The notes: generated by a model not told the origin, from the letters alone. Shown: positions 32,285-45,496, numbered from the stretch's first letter. The stretch is 64,000 bases of DNA from Acidobacteriota bacterium (GCA_963666215.2 CAXWPL010000001.1:608001-672000); one strand, 5' to 3'. Numbers and translations: made by a program.

Positions 32285-33391
32285 ATGACCAACGCAGACG
32301 TCGACACCAACACCGTGAAAACCCTGGCCGCGCGCGAGATTCTCGATGCCCACGTGCGCGAGATTGTCGCCTGGCACTTCGACCCCGAGACGGGGTCGCC
32401 CTTCTGGCTCGACTGGGCAAAGAGCCAGGATTGGAATCCGCGCACCGACATCAACGGCGTCGACGACCTGGTGATGTTCGGCCTGTTCGACGACGAGTAT
32501 CTGCGCGGGGGGCCCGTGGAGCGCTGGATCCCCAAGGGACTGGCGGGCAAGCCCGTCTACACGTTCGAGACCGGCGGTACCACGGGCACGCCGAAGTCGC
32601 GCATCAACATCAACGACTTCCGCGTCGACTACGAGCAGTTCTCCGACACCCTGCCCGACGAGCACTTCCCGCGCGGCTCCAACTGGCTGATGCTCGGGCC
32701 GAGCGGGCCGCGGCGTTTGCGCTTGGCGGTGGAGCACTTGGCGCAGCATCGAGGCGGTATCTGCTTCTGTGTCGACCTCGACCCGCGCTGGGTCATCAAG
32801 CTCATCCGCAAGGGTTGGACCGAGCACCTCAAGGCCTACCAGGAACACGTCATCGATCAGGCGTTGACCATTCTCGAATCGGGCCACGACATCCGCTGCA
32901 TGTTCACCACCCCGAAGCTGCTCGAGGCGTTGGCGCTGCGACTCGAGGACAACGACAGCTCGCTCGGAGGCAAGGGCATCACCGGCGTCTTCTCCGGCGG
33001 CACCGAGTTCACCCCGCAGTGGAATCGCTTCGCCCACGAGGAACTGCTCGAGGGCGTCTACATGACACCGACCTACGGCAACACCCTCATGGGCCTTGCC
33101 GCCAGCGCCCCCAGCGGCCCGCACAACGACTACAAGATCACCTACTACGCCCCGCAACCGCGCGCCGTAGTGCAGGTGGTCGACCCCGACGACCCCGACC
33201 GTCTCGTCGACTACGGCGAGACCGGCCGCGTGATGCTGACAACGCTCACCAAGGAGTTCTTCCTGCCGCGCTTCCTCGAGCGCGACGAAGGTGAGCGCGA
33301 GCCTCCGTACGAGGCCTACCCCTGGGACGGAGTCAGCGGCCTGCGCCCGTTCAGCCGCTTCGCCGCCAAGACCACCGTCGGCGTGTACTAG
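32285..33391 (+). CDS. EhpF/GriC-like adenylate-forming protein
   Basis: WHFDPETGSPFW, FETGGTTGTPK P-loop, GPSGP, VDLDPRWV, YGNTLMG, GRVMLTTL..ERD. About 368 aa, without the usual C-terminal ANL subdomain. Confidence 0.75.
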   Translation: MTNADVDTNTVKTLAAREILDAHVREIVAWHFDPETGSPFWLDWAKSQDWNPRTDINGVDDLVMFGLFDDEYLRGGPVERWIPKGLAGKPVYTFETGGTTGTPKSRININDFRVDYEQFSDTLPDEHFPRGSNWLMLGPSGPRRLRLAVEHLAQHRGGICFCVDLDPRWVIKLIRKGWTEHLKAYQEHVIDQALTILESGHDIRCMFTTPKLLEALALRLEDNDSSLGGKGITGVFSGGTEFTPQWNRFAHEELLEGVYMTPTYGNTLMGLAASAPSGPHNDYKITYYAPQPRAVVQVVDPDDPDRLVDYGETGRVMLTTLTKEFFLPRFLERDEGEREPPYEAYPWDGVSGLRPFSRFAAKTTVGVY

Positions 33392-33444
33392 TTCAGGGTA
33401 GTCCGACCAGGAGCTCAGCGACGCGCCGTGGCGACGCTAGGCAC

Positions 33445-36357
<2,913 letters not shown>

Positions 36358-36359
36358 CT

Positions 36360-36731
36360 TCAGCGGCCCGATTCGGAGGCACCGAGCAGATCGGTGAACC
36401 CGGCACCGCGCACGAGTCCGACCATGCGAGCCGCCTCGGCGCGGGCAACCCGATCGCCGAGCGGCGTGATCTCGTACGAGCGCCGGCGATCGCGAGAGCT
36501 GGTTTCGCTGTCTTCCGGATCCGCGCACTCCGAGATCAGACCTTCATCGAGCATCCAGCTCAGCCGGCGGTACAGCGCGCCTGCCTGCAGCTCGATTCGA
36601 CCTGCCGACCGTTCCGATGCCGCCTTCATCAGCGCATAGCCGTGCTGACGACCCTCGCGCAAGATGACGAGGACAAGAAAAACGTCGGGCTTCAATGGCA
36701 AATAGGGCTCAGTGTCGAGATTCGACGGCAT
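36360..36731 (-). CDS. PadR-family transcriptional regulator
   Basis: LPLKPDVFLVL..HGYALM..AGALYRRL..RRRSYEIT. Start may be 36773. Confidence 0.9.
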   Translation of the reverse strand: MPSNLDTEPYLPLKPDVFLVLVILREGRQHGYALMKAASERSAGRIELQAGALYRRLSWMLDEGLISECADPEDSETSSRDRRRSYEITPLGDRVARAEAARMVGLVRGAGFTDLLGASESGR

Positions 36732-36788
36732 GGGTTGTTTCCGGAGTGTTCGTGCGGTTTTCGGCTCGTCCATAGAGGGCAGCTGTCT

Positions 36789-36807
36789 TATAGACAAAAT
36801 GTCTATA
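36789..36807. promoter_or_regulatory. Palindromic putative PadR operator
   Basis: TATAGACA-AAA-TGTCTATA in an AT-rich patch upstream of padR. Confidence 0.7.
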
Positions 36808-36957
36808 GCACCTAAAGACGGCCGCTCCGTGGCAATGGTTTCATCGAATCTTCGGCAACCTTCCTCAGCGGCTGGCGCCCACAGGGTCACCCGGCTTGCT
36901 CCGGCGCGCGGCAACAACGATCCTGGGGGTCGCGATCGCTAACGCTTGGAGGGAACG

Positions 36958-38376
36958 TTGATCCACTTTCCGGTGCTGCGCTGGGGCAAGGAGTACCAAA
37001 GCCTCGAGACCGAGACCGTTCTGGATTTCCAAACCGGTCAACACGTGGCCGAGGTCAGTCAGGCCAACGCGGGTATCGTGGGCCGAGACCTACGCAAAGC
37101 TCGCCGAGCCCGTCAGGCGCTCCAAGAGATCCCTGCCACGGAGCTCGTGGCGATGCTGCAGCGCGCCGGCGATCTGTTCATGTCGGCAGACCTGCCGCTC
37201 GGAGACGGCACTCAGACCCCCGACGACTTCGTGCGCCAGCAGTCAGCAACAACGGGTCTGCCCGAGCACATGTGCCGCATGAACATGGAGAAGCTGCGGT
37301 TCGTGCTCTCGCAGCTCGACGCCATCCTGGCAGCCTTGACACGCGGCCTCGATCTCGATCTCCTCACGTCGGGCTACGGCGAAGAGGACGGCCTGATGCG
37401 CAGCTACCAGCCGACCACCCCGGTGCTCGGCATGGTGTTGCCCTCGAACTCACCCGGCGTCCACAGCCTGTGGCTACCGGTACTGGCACTGCATGTCGGC
37501 CTCGTGCTCAAGCCGGGCCCGCAAGAGCCCTGGACACCGTGGCGAATGGCGCAGGCTTTCTTCGCGGCAGGCGTGCCACGCGAAGCCATCGCGCTTTATC
37601 CCGGCGGCGCCGACGTTGGCGCGGCGGTGCTGGCCCATACGCCACGGAGCCTCATCTTCGGGGGGCTCCCAACGGTCGAGATGTACAAGTCGAATCCAGC
37701 GGTCGAGGTGCACGGCCCCGGATTCAGCAAGATCCTGATGGGCGACGACATGGTAGACGACTGGGAGCAGCATCTCGACCTCATGGTCGACAGCGTGCTC
37801 GTCAACAGTGGCCGCTCATGCATCAACTGCTCTGGCATCTGGGCGTCGCGCCACACCGAGGCCATCGCCGAAGCCATCGCCGAGCGTCTTGGGGTGGTGG
37901 AGGCGCTGCCGCCCGGCGACCCGAACGCGCAGCTGGCCGCGTTCACCGTCCCCGGGCAAGCCAAGGCCATCTCGGCTGATATCGACGACGGACTCAAAGG
38001 CCCGGGGATCACCGAGGCCACTGCGAGCCTGCACCCCGACGGCCGGCTCATCGAGCGCGAGCGCTGCGACTACCTGCTGCCAACCGTCGTGCACTGCTCG
38101 TCGCCCGAGCCCCGCATCGCCACCGCGGAGTACATGTTCCCGTTCGTCACCGTGGTGGAGTGTCCGCAGGACAAGATGGTCGGCGCTATTGGCGATACGT
38201 TGGTCGCCACAGGTATCACCGGCGACAAGTCCTTCCGCGCCGACCTACTCGATGCGCAGAACATCGATCGCCTCAACATTGGCCCGATCCCGACGATCCA
38301 GCTCAACTGGCTGCAGCCGCACGAGGGCAGCATCGTCGACTTCCTGTATCGAGCCCGCGCCTTCCAGATGGCCTGA
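36958..38376 (+). CDS. Aldehyde dehydrogenase-fold reductase (GriD/EhpG/LuxC-like)
   Basis: GGAGGG RBS + TTG. LPSNSPGVH, LKPG, HGPGFSK, NSGRSCINCS (catalytic Cys), EYMFPF, QPHEG. Confidence 0.8.
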   Translation: MIHFPVLRWGKEYQSLETETVLDFQTGQHVAEVSQANAGIVGRDLRKARRARQALQEIPATELVAMLQRAGDLFMSADLPLGDGTQTPDDFVRQQSATTGLPEHMCRMNMEKLRFVLSQLDAILAALTRGLDLDLLTSGYGEEDGLMRSYQPTTPVLGMVLPSNSPGVHSLWLPVLALHVGLVLKPGPQEPWTPWRMAQAFFAAGVPREAIALYPGGADVGAAVLAHTPRSLIFGGLPTVEMYKSNPAVEVHGPGFSKILMGDDMVDDWEQHLDLMVDSVLVNSGRSCINCSGIWASRHTEAIAEAIAERLGVVEALPPGDPNAQLAAFTVPGQAKAISADIDDGLKGPGITEATASLHPDGRLIERERCDYLLPTVVHCSSPEPRIATAEYMFPFVTVVECPQDKMVGAIGDTLVATGITGDKSFRADLLDAQNIDRLNIGPIPTIQLNWLQPHEGSIVDFLYRARAFQMA

Positions 38377-38389
38377 GCGACGTCGAGCG

Positions 38390-38880
38390 CTAGGACGCGC
38401 GTAGCGGCCGAGTGGGATCAACACGCGTGGCGCGCATCGCAGGGATCCAGCAGGCGAGCAGCGCCACCACAACGAGGAACAATGCGGCAATGGCGAACGC
38501 CGTCGGATCGTGTCGGCCGACGCCGTAGCGCTGGCTCTCCAGATACCCCGAAAGCGTCGCGGCGGCGGCGACCCCGAGCGCCAGGCCGAGCCCGACGAGC
38601 AGCATGCCTTCACCCAGCACCATGCGACGCAGCTGTTGAGCACGGGCACCGAGCGCCATGCGGATGCCGATCTCGCGGGTTCGTCTCGTCACCAGGAAGG
38701 ACATGACGCCGTAAATGCCGATGCCGGCGAGCGTCAGTGCCAGAGCCGCGAAGGCCCCCAGCAATTGCACGATCGAGCGACGTGACGCCTCCCTCGCGCC
38801 GAGGGCCTCCTCCAGGGTCGTCACACGATCGACGGGCAGTGACGGATCGAGGCGCGCCACCTCGCCACGCAGCGTCGGTT
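38390..38880 (-). pseudogene. C-terminal ~160-aa remnant of an ADOP permease
   Basis: LRGEVARLDPSLPV..GIYGVMSFLVTRRTREIGIRMALGA..PAMRATRVDP. The 5' part is absent and the remnant directly abuts the tpx stop. Confidence 0.88.
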
Positions 38881-38903
38881 GGTCAAGACGTGGACTCGCC
38901 TCG

Positions 38904-39407
38904 TCAGAGCACGGCGAGCGCGGCGTCGTAGTCGGGCTCCTGGCCGAGTACGGGTACGAGCTCGGTATAGCCAACGTTACCGTTCTCATCGATGATGACA
39001 ACGGCGCGCGCCAGCAGGCCGGCGAGCGATCCGTCGACCATGGTCAACCCGTAGTCAGTGCCGAAGCTCGAAGAGCGAAACGTCGACACCGCGTCGACGT
39101 TCTCAATGCCCTCGGCACCGCAGAAACGAGCCTGCGCGAACGGCAAGTCGGCCGAGATGCACAGCACCGCGACGTCCGAGTTGGCCGCCGCCTCGTTGAA
39201 GCGCCGAATCGAAGCGGCGCAGACACCGGTGTCGACGCTCAAGAAGATGTTGAGCAGAACCCTCCGACCGGCGTAGTCGGCGAGCGACACCTCACCGAAA
39301 TCGCTGCCGACCAGCGTGAACGCCGGCGCGGCGCTGCCAACCGCAGGAAGCTCGCCATGGACGTTGACTGTGTTGTCGCCTACCGTAATTTGCGCCATCT
39401 CACTCAT
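38904..39407 (-). CDS. tpx: Thiol peroxidase (atypical 2-Cys peroxiredoxin)
   Basis: SVDTGVCAASIRRFN, ISADLPFAQARFCGAEG, EPDYDAAL. Confidence 0.95.
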   Translation of the reverse strand: MSEMAQITVGDNTVNVHGELPAVGSAAPAFTLVGSDFGEVSLADYAGRRVLLNIFLSVDTGVCAASIRRFNEAAANSDVAVLCISADLPFAQARFCGAEGIENVDAVSTFRSSSFGTDYGLTMVDGSLAGLLARAVVIIDENGNVGYTELVPVLGQEPDYDAALAVL

Positions 39408-39575
39408 CTCCGGATTGGTCGTCAGATCGATTCAGTGTGCACTCTCCGTGCGGTCGAACCCTTTGTACAACGAACGGGTCAAGCCCGCTCGACAGGTGTA
39501 GAGTTGGATGGCTGTGGGTATTGTGGCCTCACAGCAGCGTTCAGCGAGTCTGCCACCGGCAACTGCGAGGCGATC

Positions 39576-40514
39576 ATGCGCAACTCAGGGCGAGTCTGGC
39601 TGGCCACGGTCGGGACTGTCGCGGTCACTACGATGTTGTCGGCGTCGGCTGCAGCGTCGGCACCGGGCGCGGCCACGCAGACTCGGATGCGGATGCCCGG
39701 GCTGGCCCCACACACCGCCTCTCTGTTCGAAAGCGGCCTCATCGAAACCGACGGCGACGAGTACGGCGTTATTCTGGCCCCCGACCACCGGAGCCTGTAC
39801 TTCGTGCGTCGCATCGAGCGGGATCGGCTCGAGCGCATCGAAATCTCACGCTTCGGTGACCTCGGTTGGGACGAGCCTGAGGTCGTGGACTTCTCGGGCA
39901 CTCACTTCGATAAGGAACCCTTCGTGGCGCCGAACGGCGTCGACCTCTACTTCGCCTCCACACGTCCTCGTAAGGGCGACGGCCCCGCCAATCCAGACAG
40001 CGACGCGTTCGATCTGTGGGTGGTGGAGATCAAGCGCGACGGCTGGGGCAAGCCACGCCATCTCGGCGACCAGATCAACAGCTCGGCGTACGAGAACTAT
40101 CCATCGGTGAGCTCCGCCGGCACGCTGTACTTCTCGTCGAAGCGGCCCGGCGGCGCCGGCGGCAACGACCTTTACCGCGCTCGCCTCGACGGCCGCGAGT
40201 ACATGGAGCCCGAAAACCTCCGCGCTCTGAACAGCGATGCGTCGGACGCCGATCCCTACATTGCACCCGACGAGAGCTTCCTCATCTTCTCGTCCACGCG
40301 AGCCGGCGGACACGGGCAGGGCGACCTGTTCGTGTCGTTCAACCGTGACGGTGCCTGGAGCGCTCCGCGCAACATGGGCGAGGCGGTGAACGGCCCGGGG
40401 TACGAGTACACACCCTATGTGTCGACCCCGTTCAACGCGCTGTTCTTCAGCCGCGACTGGGGTGAGGTGCTTTGGATCGACACCTCGCAGCTACCGTTGC
40501 GACCTGAAGAGTGA
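39576..40514 (+). CDS. Secreted TolB-like/PD40-repeat protein
   Basis: Signal peptide and repeated LYFASTRP, LYFSSKRPGG, IFSSTRAGG.G.GDL motifs. Confidence 0.85.
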   Translation: MRNSGRVWLATVGTVAVTTMLSASAAASAPGAATQTRMRMPGLAPHTASLFESGLIETDGDEYGVILAPDHRSLYFVRRIERDRLERIEISRFGDLGWDEPEVVDFSGTHFDKEPFVAPNGVDLYFASTRPRKGDGPANPDSDAFDLWVVEIKRDGWGKPRHLGDQINSSAYENYPSVSSAGTLYFSSKRPGGAGGNDLYRARLDGREYMEPENLRALNSDASDADPYIAPDESFLIFSSTRAGGHGQGDLFVSFNRDGAWSAPRNMGEAVNGPGYEYTPYVSTPFNALFFSRDWGEVLWIDTSQLPLRPEE

Positions 40515-40996
40515 GGCTGCTCGGCGCATTCGGAATCGCGGCCTACGTGCTGACGCAAGCCGCAACTCCGCCCCAGGGTTGCGTGGTCGACGAGACCACC
40601 GGCTGCGCCCTCGGTGACCGCTTTTCTGTGCAGGTGTCCTGGAAAGACGGAGACCACGAGCGACCTCTGACCCTGGTCGATAGCGGCAAGCAGCCCGACG
40701 ACGAGCTCCGATTCAAGGATCCCGACGGGCGCAACGTCCGCGTCAGCATCACCAACGGCTGTGACGAAAACGGCTACTACTGGATCCACTACAGCAACTC
40801 GGCTCGAGTGCCGCTACTGTTCGTTGCCACCGACATCACCGCAGAACAGACGCGCGGCTTTCTCGACCCCCAGGCCGATGGCAGCCAACACAGAATCACC
40901 TTCCGCGACGCCTTCAACACGTGTGACTCGACGACAGGTGATTCTGCGTCGGTACCGCAACCACAACCACGTTTGAATGAGCGCATGAGCGATTGA
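40511..40996 (+). CDS. Small secreted Cys-containing hypothetical protein
   Basis: Coupled (GTGA) to the upstream gene. N-terminal hydrophobic stretch, CALGDRFSVQVSW..ITNGCDENGYYWI. Confidence 0.6.
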   Translation: MRLLGAFGIAAYVLTQAATPPQGCVVDETTGCALGDRFSVQVSWKDGDHERPLTLVDSGKQPDDELRFKDPDGRNVRVSITNGCDENGYYWIHYSNSARVPLLFVATDITAEQTRGFLDPQADGSQHRITFRDAFNTCDSTTGDSASVPQPQPRLNERMSD

Positions 40997-42411
40997 GCCT
41001 CTTCAACCGTATCGAGGACTTTCGCTCCGCCGACATGCCGGCGCGGCAGAGCTCTTTCTGGAAACTGGCGGGCCCGAGCGCCGTGCTCGTTGGCCTCTCG
41101 ATCGGCGCTGGCGAGATCATCATCTGGCCGCGCATCGTGGCCGAGTATGGGGCCACGATGGTCTGGGCGGCGGTGCTCGGCGTGTTCCTGCAACTGTGGG
41201 TCAACTTCGAGATCGGGCGCTACACCATCGCTACTGGCGAAACGATCTTCACCGGTTACCTGCGGCTGTGGCCGGGGTTTGCGCCCCTGATGATCGCCCT
41301 CACGGTGTTCGGCTACATCGCCCCGGGCTGGGCGCGTGCCTCGGGCCTCGCCCTCAAGGCTCTCACGGTGGGGCCCACGGGCGGAGGCAGCGACTTCTTC
41401 TGGACCAGCATCACCTTCGCCGCGGTAGCGCTGATTCTGTTCGGCCCGAAGATCGTCTATCGCTCGGTGGAGCGTAGCGTCACGGTGCTCATCGTGATCG
41501 TGACACTCGGGCTCATCGTCGTTGCGGCAGCGGTCAGCAGCGCCTCCACCTGGCGTGACCTCGGCGCCGGTCTGGTGAACGTCGGCTACATCGCCCCGGG
41601 AATGGACATCCGCGTGCTGTTCTCCGCGCTGGTGTTCGCCGGAGCCGGCGGCGTGGGCAACCTCTTCTACACCTTCTATCTGCGCGACAAGAACATCGGC
41701 ATGGGCGCCCGTATTCCCGCGCTCAGCAACCCCCTTCGTGGCGGCGGCAAGACCTTCTCGGAGGCCGGCTACAACTTCCCCGATACCCCGAGCAACCGCG
41801 CGGCCTTTGCGTCGTGGTGGCGCTATCTGCGCCAGGACCAGATGCTCTTTTTCTGGGGACTGAACACGTTCACGATGCTGCTGTTCATCGTGGGCGCGCT
41901 GGCGGTGCTCCACCCGAACGGCTTGGTGCCTGAACCGGGAACCCTCATCTGGGACGAAGCGGCGATTCTCGGGGAGATTTGGGGTGGGACAGGCCGCGCG
42001 CTGTTCCTCGTAATCGGGCTGGCGACGCTGCTGAGCACCCAGCTCGTGGTGGTCGATGGAGTCGCCCGATCGATCTCCGACATCCTGCACACGTCGTTCA
42101 CATCGATGCGGAAACGTGACCCGAGCGAGCTCTACGTGCTCATTGCCGGCGCCTGGATGGTGTCGGGCTGCGCCATCACCTGGCTCATGGAGTCGCGCGG
42201 CACCAGCGACCTCGGCTTCATCATGAACTCGGCCTACATGGGCGGCTTCGCGATGGCGGTGTACGTGCCGGCAACGCTCGTCGTGAACCGCCGGCTGCTG
42301 CCGGACTCGGCGCGCCCTGGGCGTGTGTGTACAACGATGATGATCATCGCCTCGGCGGTCTACATCGGCTTCGCGCTCAGCTCGATACTCTGGGAGATCC
42401 GCGGCGGCTAG
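40993..42411 (+). CDS. Nramp-family (YcsG-like) transporter
   Basis: GPSAVLVGLSIGAGEIIIWP, EIGRYTIATGET, and multiple TM helices. Confidence 0.8.
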   Translation: MSLFNRIEDFRSADMPARQSSFWKLAGPSAVLVGLSIGAGEIIIWPRIVAEYGATMVWAAVLGVFLQLWVNFEIGRYTIATGETIFTGYLRLWPGFAPLMIALTVFGYIAPGWARASGLALKALTVGPTGGGSDFFWTSITFAAVALILFGPKIVYRSVERSVTVLIVIVTLGLIVVAAAVSSASTWRDLGAGLVNVGYIAPGMDIRVLFSALVFAGAGGVGNLFYTFYLRDKNIGMGARIPALSNPLRGGGKTFSEAGYNFPDTPSNRAAFASWWRYLRQDQMLFFWGLNTFTMLLFIVGALAVLHPNGLVPEPGTLIWDEAAILGEIWGGTGRALFLVIGLATLLSTQLVVVDGVARSISDILHTSFTSMRKRDPSELYVLIAGAWMVSGCAITWLMESRGTSDLGFIMNSAYMGGFAMAVYVPATLVVNRRLLPDSARPGRVCTTMMIIASAVYIGFALSSILWEIRGG

Positions 42412-42416
42412 AGCGC

Positions 42417-43205
42417 TCAGGTGCGCAAGTAGGAAGCTCCGTTGGCGTCGACAATGCAGCCGGTCGCGAAACCAATGCCATCGCCGGCCAGGAACTCGAC
42501 GATGCGCGCGATCTCATCGGGCTGGCCCACGCGGCCGAGCGGGCTCTGCGCGCGAATGGCGTCGCCGCTGGCTCCCTCCAGATGCGATGCCGCCATGTCG
42601 GTCTCGATGAACCCGGGAGCAACCACGCCAACGAAGATGTTGTGCGGCGCCAGGGCCTGGGCCATCGACTGGCTGAACGAGTTCAAGCCGGCCTTGCTGG
42701 CGCCGTAGGCCGGGGCCTGTGGCTCACCGCGAAACGCGCCCCGCGACGAGACATTGATGATGCGGCCGCCACCGCGCTCCGCCATGTGACGAGCCACGAC
42801 GTAGGTCAGGTTGGCGGGCCCGATCAGGTTGGTCTGCAGCGTCCGTTCCCACGCCATCTGCCAGCCCTCGAAGTCGAGCTCGGTGATCTCGTGGAGCTCG
42901 AAGATCCCGGCGTTGTTGACCAGGATATCGATCGCGCCCATGCGATCGACAACGCTCTCCGCCAGGTCGCGACACGCGTCCGGAACCGAAAGGTCGGCAG
43001 AAAAAGCTTCGTGCGCTTCGCCCTGGAGCTCTGCGACCACACTGTCGGCAGCGTCGCGTGCACTGTTGTAGTGAACCGCCACGCGCGCGCCGGCAGCGGC
43101 GAGACGCCTTGCGACCGCGGCGCCGATTCCGCGCGAGGCTCCGGTGACGAGCGCGATGTTTCCAGAAAGATCAGAAAGGGCGGAAGTATCGGTTGCCGAA
43201 ACCAT
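42417..43205 (-). CDS. SDR-family NAD(P)-dependent oxidoreductase
   Basis: TGASRGIG, VNNAG, YGASK, PGFIETDM. Confidence 0.95.
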   Translation of the reverse strand: MVSATDTSALSDLSGNIALVTGASRGIGAAVARRLAAAGARVAVHYNSARDAADSVVAELQGEAHEAFSADLSVPDACRDLAESVVDRMGAIDILVNNAGIFELHEITELDFEGWQMAWERTLQTNLIGPANLTYVVARHMAERGGGRIINVSSRGAFRGEPQAPAYGASKAGLNSFSQSMAQALAPHNIFVGVVAPGFIETDMAASHLEGASGDAIRAQSPLGRVGQPDEIARIVEFLAGDGIGFATGCIVDANGASYLRT

Positions 43206-43323
43206 TTCGCCTCGTTGCCGGTAGTAGAAGCATGTCCGAGGTATCGGACTGAGTCGCGTATCTTATCGTTGTCAACCTTCCCCTCGCTCCAGCGCAATCG
43301 AGTCAACCCGTCAAGGAAGTCCC

Positions 43324-43863
43324 ATGGCAGAGAGTCGCCTACTGAGACTATGGGCTGCGCTCATCGGGGTGGTGCTGTTCATCTTCCTGAGCTGGATGCT
43401 GTTTGCGCTGTTTCTCCACGCCTTCAGCATCATAGGTGACGGTGGGGTGGCATCTCTGTTCGCCGACGCGATTTTCCAGCACAAGCTCGGCGAGTTGCTG
43501 ATTGTCGCGACGCTGATCGGCGCGGTGTACGTGGGAGTGCTGCGGCCCCCGGCGCAAGGAGCGGCGTTCTTCAACATGATCCGCTGGCCACTGCGGGTCG
43601 GCGCCCTGCTCAACCTCGTTGCCTGGTTGCCGCTGCGCCAGGGAACACGTTGGGGCACGTGGTCGATGATTCTGGCGATCGTCGGCGTTGCGGCGCCCGT
43701 CGTGCTGGCTCGCGTGGCGGCTCGCGGGATCACATCGGTGGCCACCACCACGCCGGTCCCTCACGACACGCTAGCCGCGCCAGTGCCTCCCGTCGCGCCC
43801 GCCGTAGAGGCCGAGCAGCCCCCCGAGCCCGAAGCCGACACAGGCGACGGCCAGGACGCCTGA
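43324..43863 (+). CDS. Hypothetical membrane protein
   Basis: About four hydrophobic segments, acidic Pro-rich tail, AGGAAG RBS. Confidence 0.6.
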   Translation: MAESRLLRLWAALIGVVLFIFLSWMLFALFLHAFSIIGDGGVASLFADAIFQHKLGELLIVATLIGAVYVGVLRPPAQGAAFFNMIRWPLRVGALLNLVAWLPLRQGTRWGTWSMILAIVGVAAPVVLARVAARGITSVATTTPVPHDTLAAPVPPVAPAVEAEQPPEPEADTGDGQDA

Positions 43864-43917
43864 CTTCGGCGTTCAGAACTCGGTAGAACACACATGGCGC
43901 TCGGCTACACTCGCCGC

Positions 43918-44913
43918 ATGTTGCCCACCGAATCCACGATGTACCAGGCTCTGTTCGAGCGCGACAGCTCGTTCGATGGGGTCTTCTTCGCGGCGGTCAA
44001 GACGACGGGCATCTTCTGCCGCCCCACCTGTCCGGCCCGAAAGCCGTTGCGCTCCAATATCGAGTACTACGCGGCGCAGCGAGAGGCTCTGCTGGCCGGC
44101 TTCCGACCCTGCAAACGCTGCCGCCCGCTCCGAGCCCAACGGCGAGCCGCCGAGCTGGCTTCGCGACCTGCTCGACCGACTCGAGCAGGTCCCCACGCGG
44201 CGCTGGCGCGATCGCGATCTGAGAGAAGAAGGGCTCGATCCGGTGCGTGTTCGCCGCTGGTTCAACACGCACCACGGCATGACGTTCCAGGCCTACCAGC
44301 GAGCCCGGCGGCTCGGCGACACTCCCGGCCGCAGCCGCGATCGCTCGCTTGTCGTAATGACCCGGCTGCTGACGCCGCTAGGCCCGATGGTCGCGGGCGC
44401 CAGCGACGAGGGAGTGTGTCTGCTCGAGTTTGCAGAACGCCGCATGCTCGAGACCCAACTGCGGCGACTGCAGCGTCACCTGAGCTGCGTGATGGCGCCA
44501 GGCAGTAATGAGCACATCGAGCGTTTGGATCGGCAGCTGATCGCCTATTTCGACGGATCGTTACGCGAGTTCAGCGTCCCGACCGTGACCCCGGCACGGA
44601 CTTCCAGCGACAGGTCTGGACCGAGCTGAGCGAGATTCCGTACGGCGAAACACGCTCCTACGACAGCCTCGCCCGCGCCCTTGGCCGGCCCGGCGCCCAA
44701 CGTGCCGTGGGTCGCGCCAACGGCGACAACCGCCTGGCGATCCTGCTGCCCTGTCACCGTGTGGTCGCGGCCGACGGCAAGTTGCGCGGCTACGGGGGCG
44801 GCCTGTGGCGCAAACGTTTCCTGCTCGAACACGAGCGGGGCCAGCGCCTGCCCGACGCGCGGGCAGCGCGCCCAGGCGCGGCTCCCATCCAAGAGCAGCA
44901 GCGGACGGCGTAG
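43918..44913 (+). CDS. ada: Ada bifunctional regulator/O6-methylguanine methyltransferase (two apparent frameshifts, in-frame internal deletion)
   Basis: FCRPTC..RPCKRC Zn site, TPLGPM, IPYGETRSY, RAVGRANGDN..PCHRV, spread over three frames with shifts near 44130 and 44590. Confidence 0.88.
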
Positions 44914-44934
44914 AGACTACGTCTCGATAGCGCG

Positions 44935-45495
44935 CTACTGCGGCGGGCCGAGCGGGCTCGGCGCGCAGCCCTCCGGCTCGACGGTGTAGGCGATGCCGGC
45001 TACACGCCAGCGCCCGTCCGACTTCACAAGGGTGAACGCGTCTACGCCGCAGTGACTGAAGGCGCCGTTGATGTGGAAGTCGTACGGCGTCCACACCTGA
45101 GCAATCGGACCGTGAACCGACACTTCCGAGTCCCACGCGCGCTCGAGAAGCCTGGTCCCTCGATCGCCGATCTGCTTGGCGAAGCTCGCGTGCGCGGTGC
45201 TGCGAACAGTGCCATCGGGGCCTACCGAATAGAACCGTCCGTCGGCGGTGAGCACCTCCGACGCCGCGGCAGTGTCGCCGCGGCTCATAACGTCGAAGAA
45301 CGCCTGCACCGCCGCCAGAACCGCCGCTCTCTCGTCATCGCTCGCACTCGCGCGCTGCCAAGACACTTCCACAGCGGCAGCGACCGGCGCGACGACACGC
45401 AGCGAGAACGTCATCAAACCGATCACCACCGCACCCGCGACCACTACCAGAATCGACTTGGCTCGCTTCGTAGTTCTTTTCATGGATTCAGACAC
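44935..45495 (-). CDS. NTF2/SnoaL-like secreted protein
   Basis: Signal peptide and IAQVWTPYDF..SHCGVDAFTLVK..GRWRV. Confidence 0.8.
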   Translation of the reverse strand: MSESMKRTTKRAKSILVVVAGAVVIGLMTFSLRVVAPVAAAVEVSWQRASASDDERAAVLAAVQAFFDVMSRGDTAAASEVLTADGRFYSVGPDGTVRSTAHASFAKQIGDRGTRLLERAWDSEVSVHGPIAQVWTPYDFHINGAFSHCGVDAFTLVKSDGRWRVAGIAYTVEPEGCAPSPLGPPQ

Positions 45496-45496
45496 C

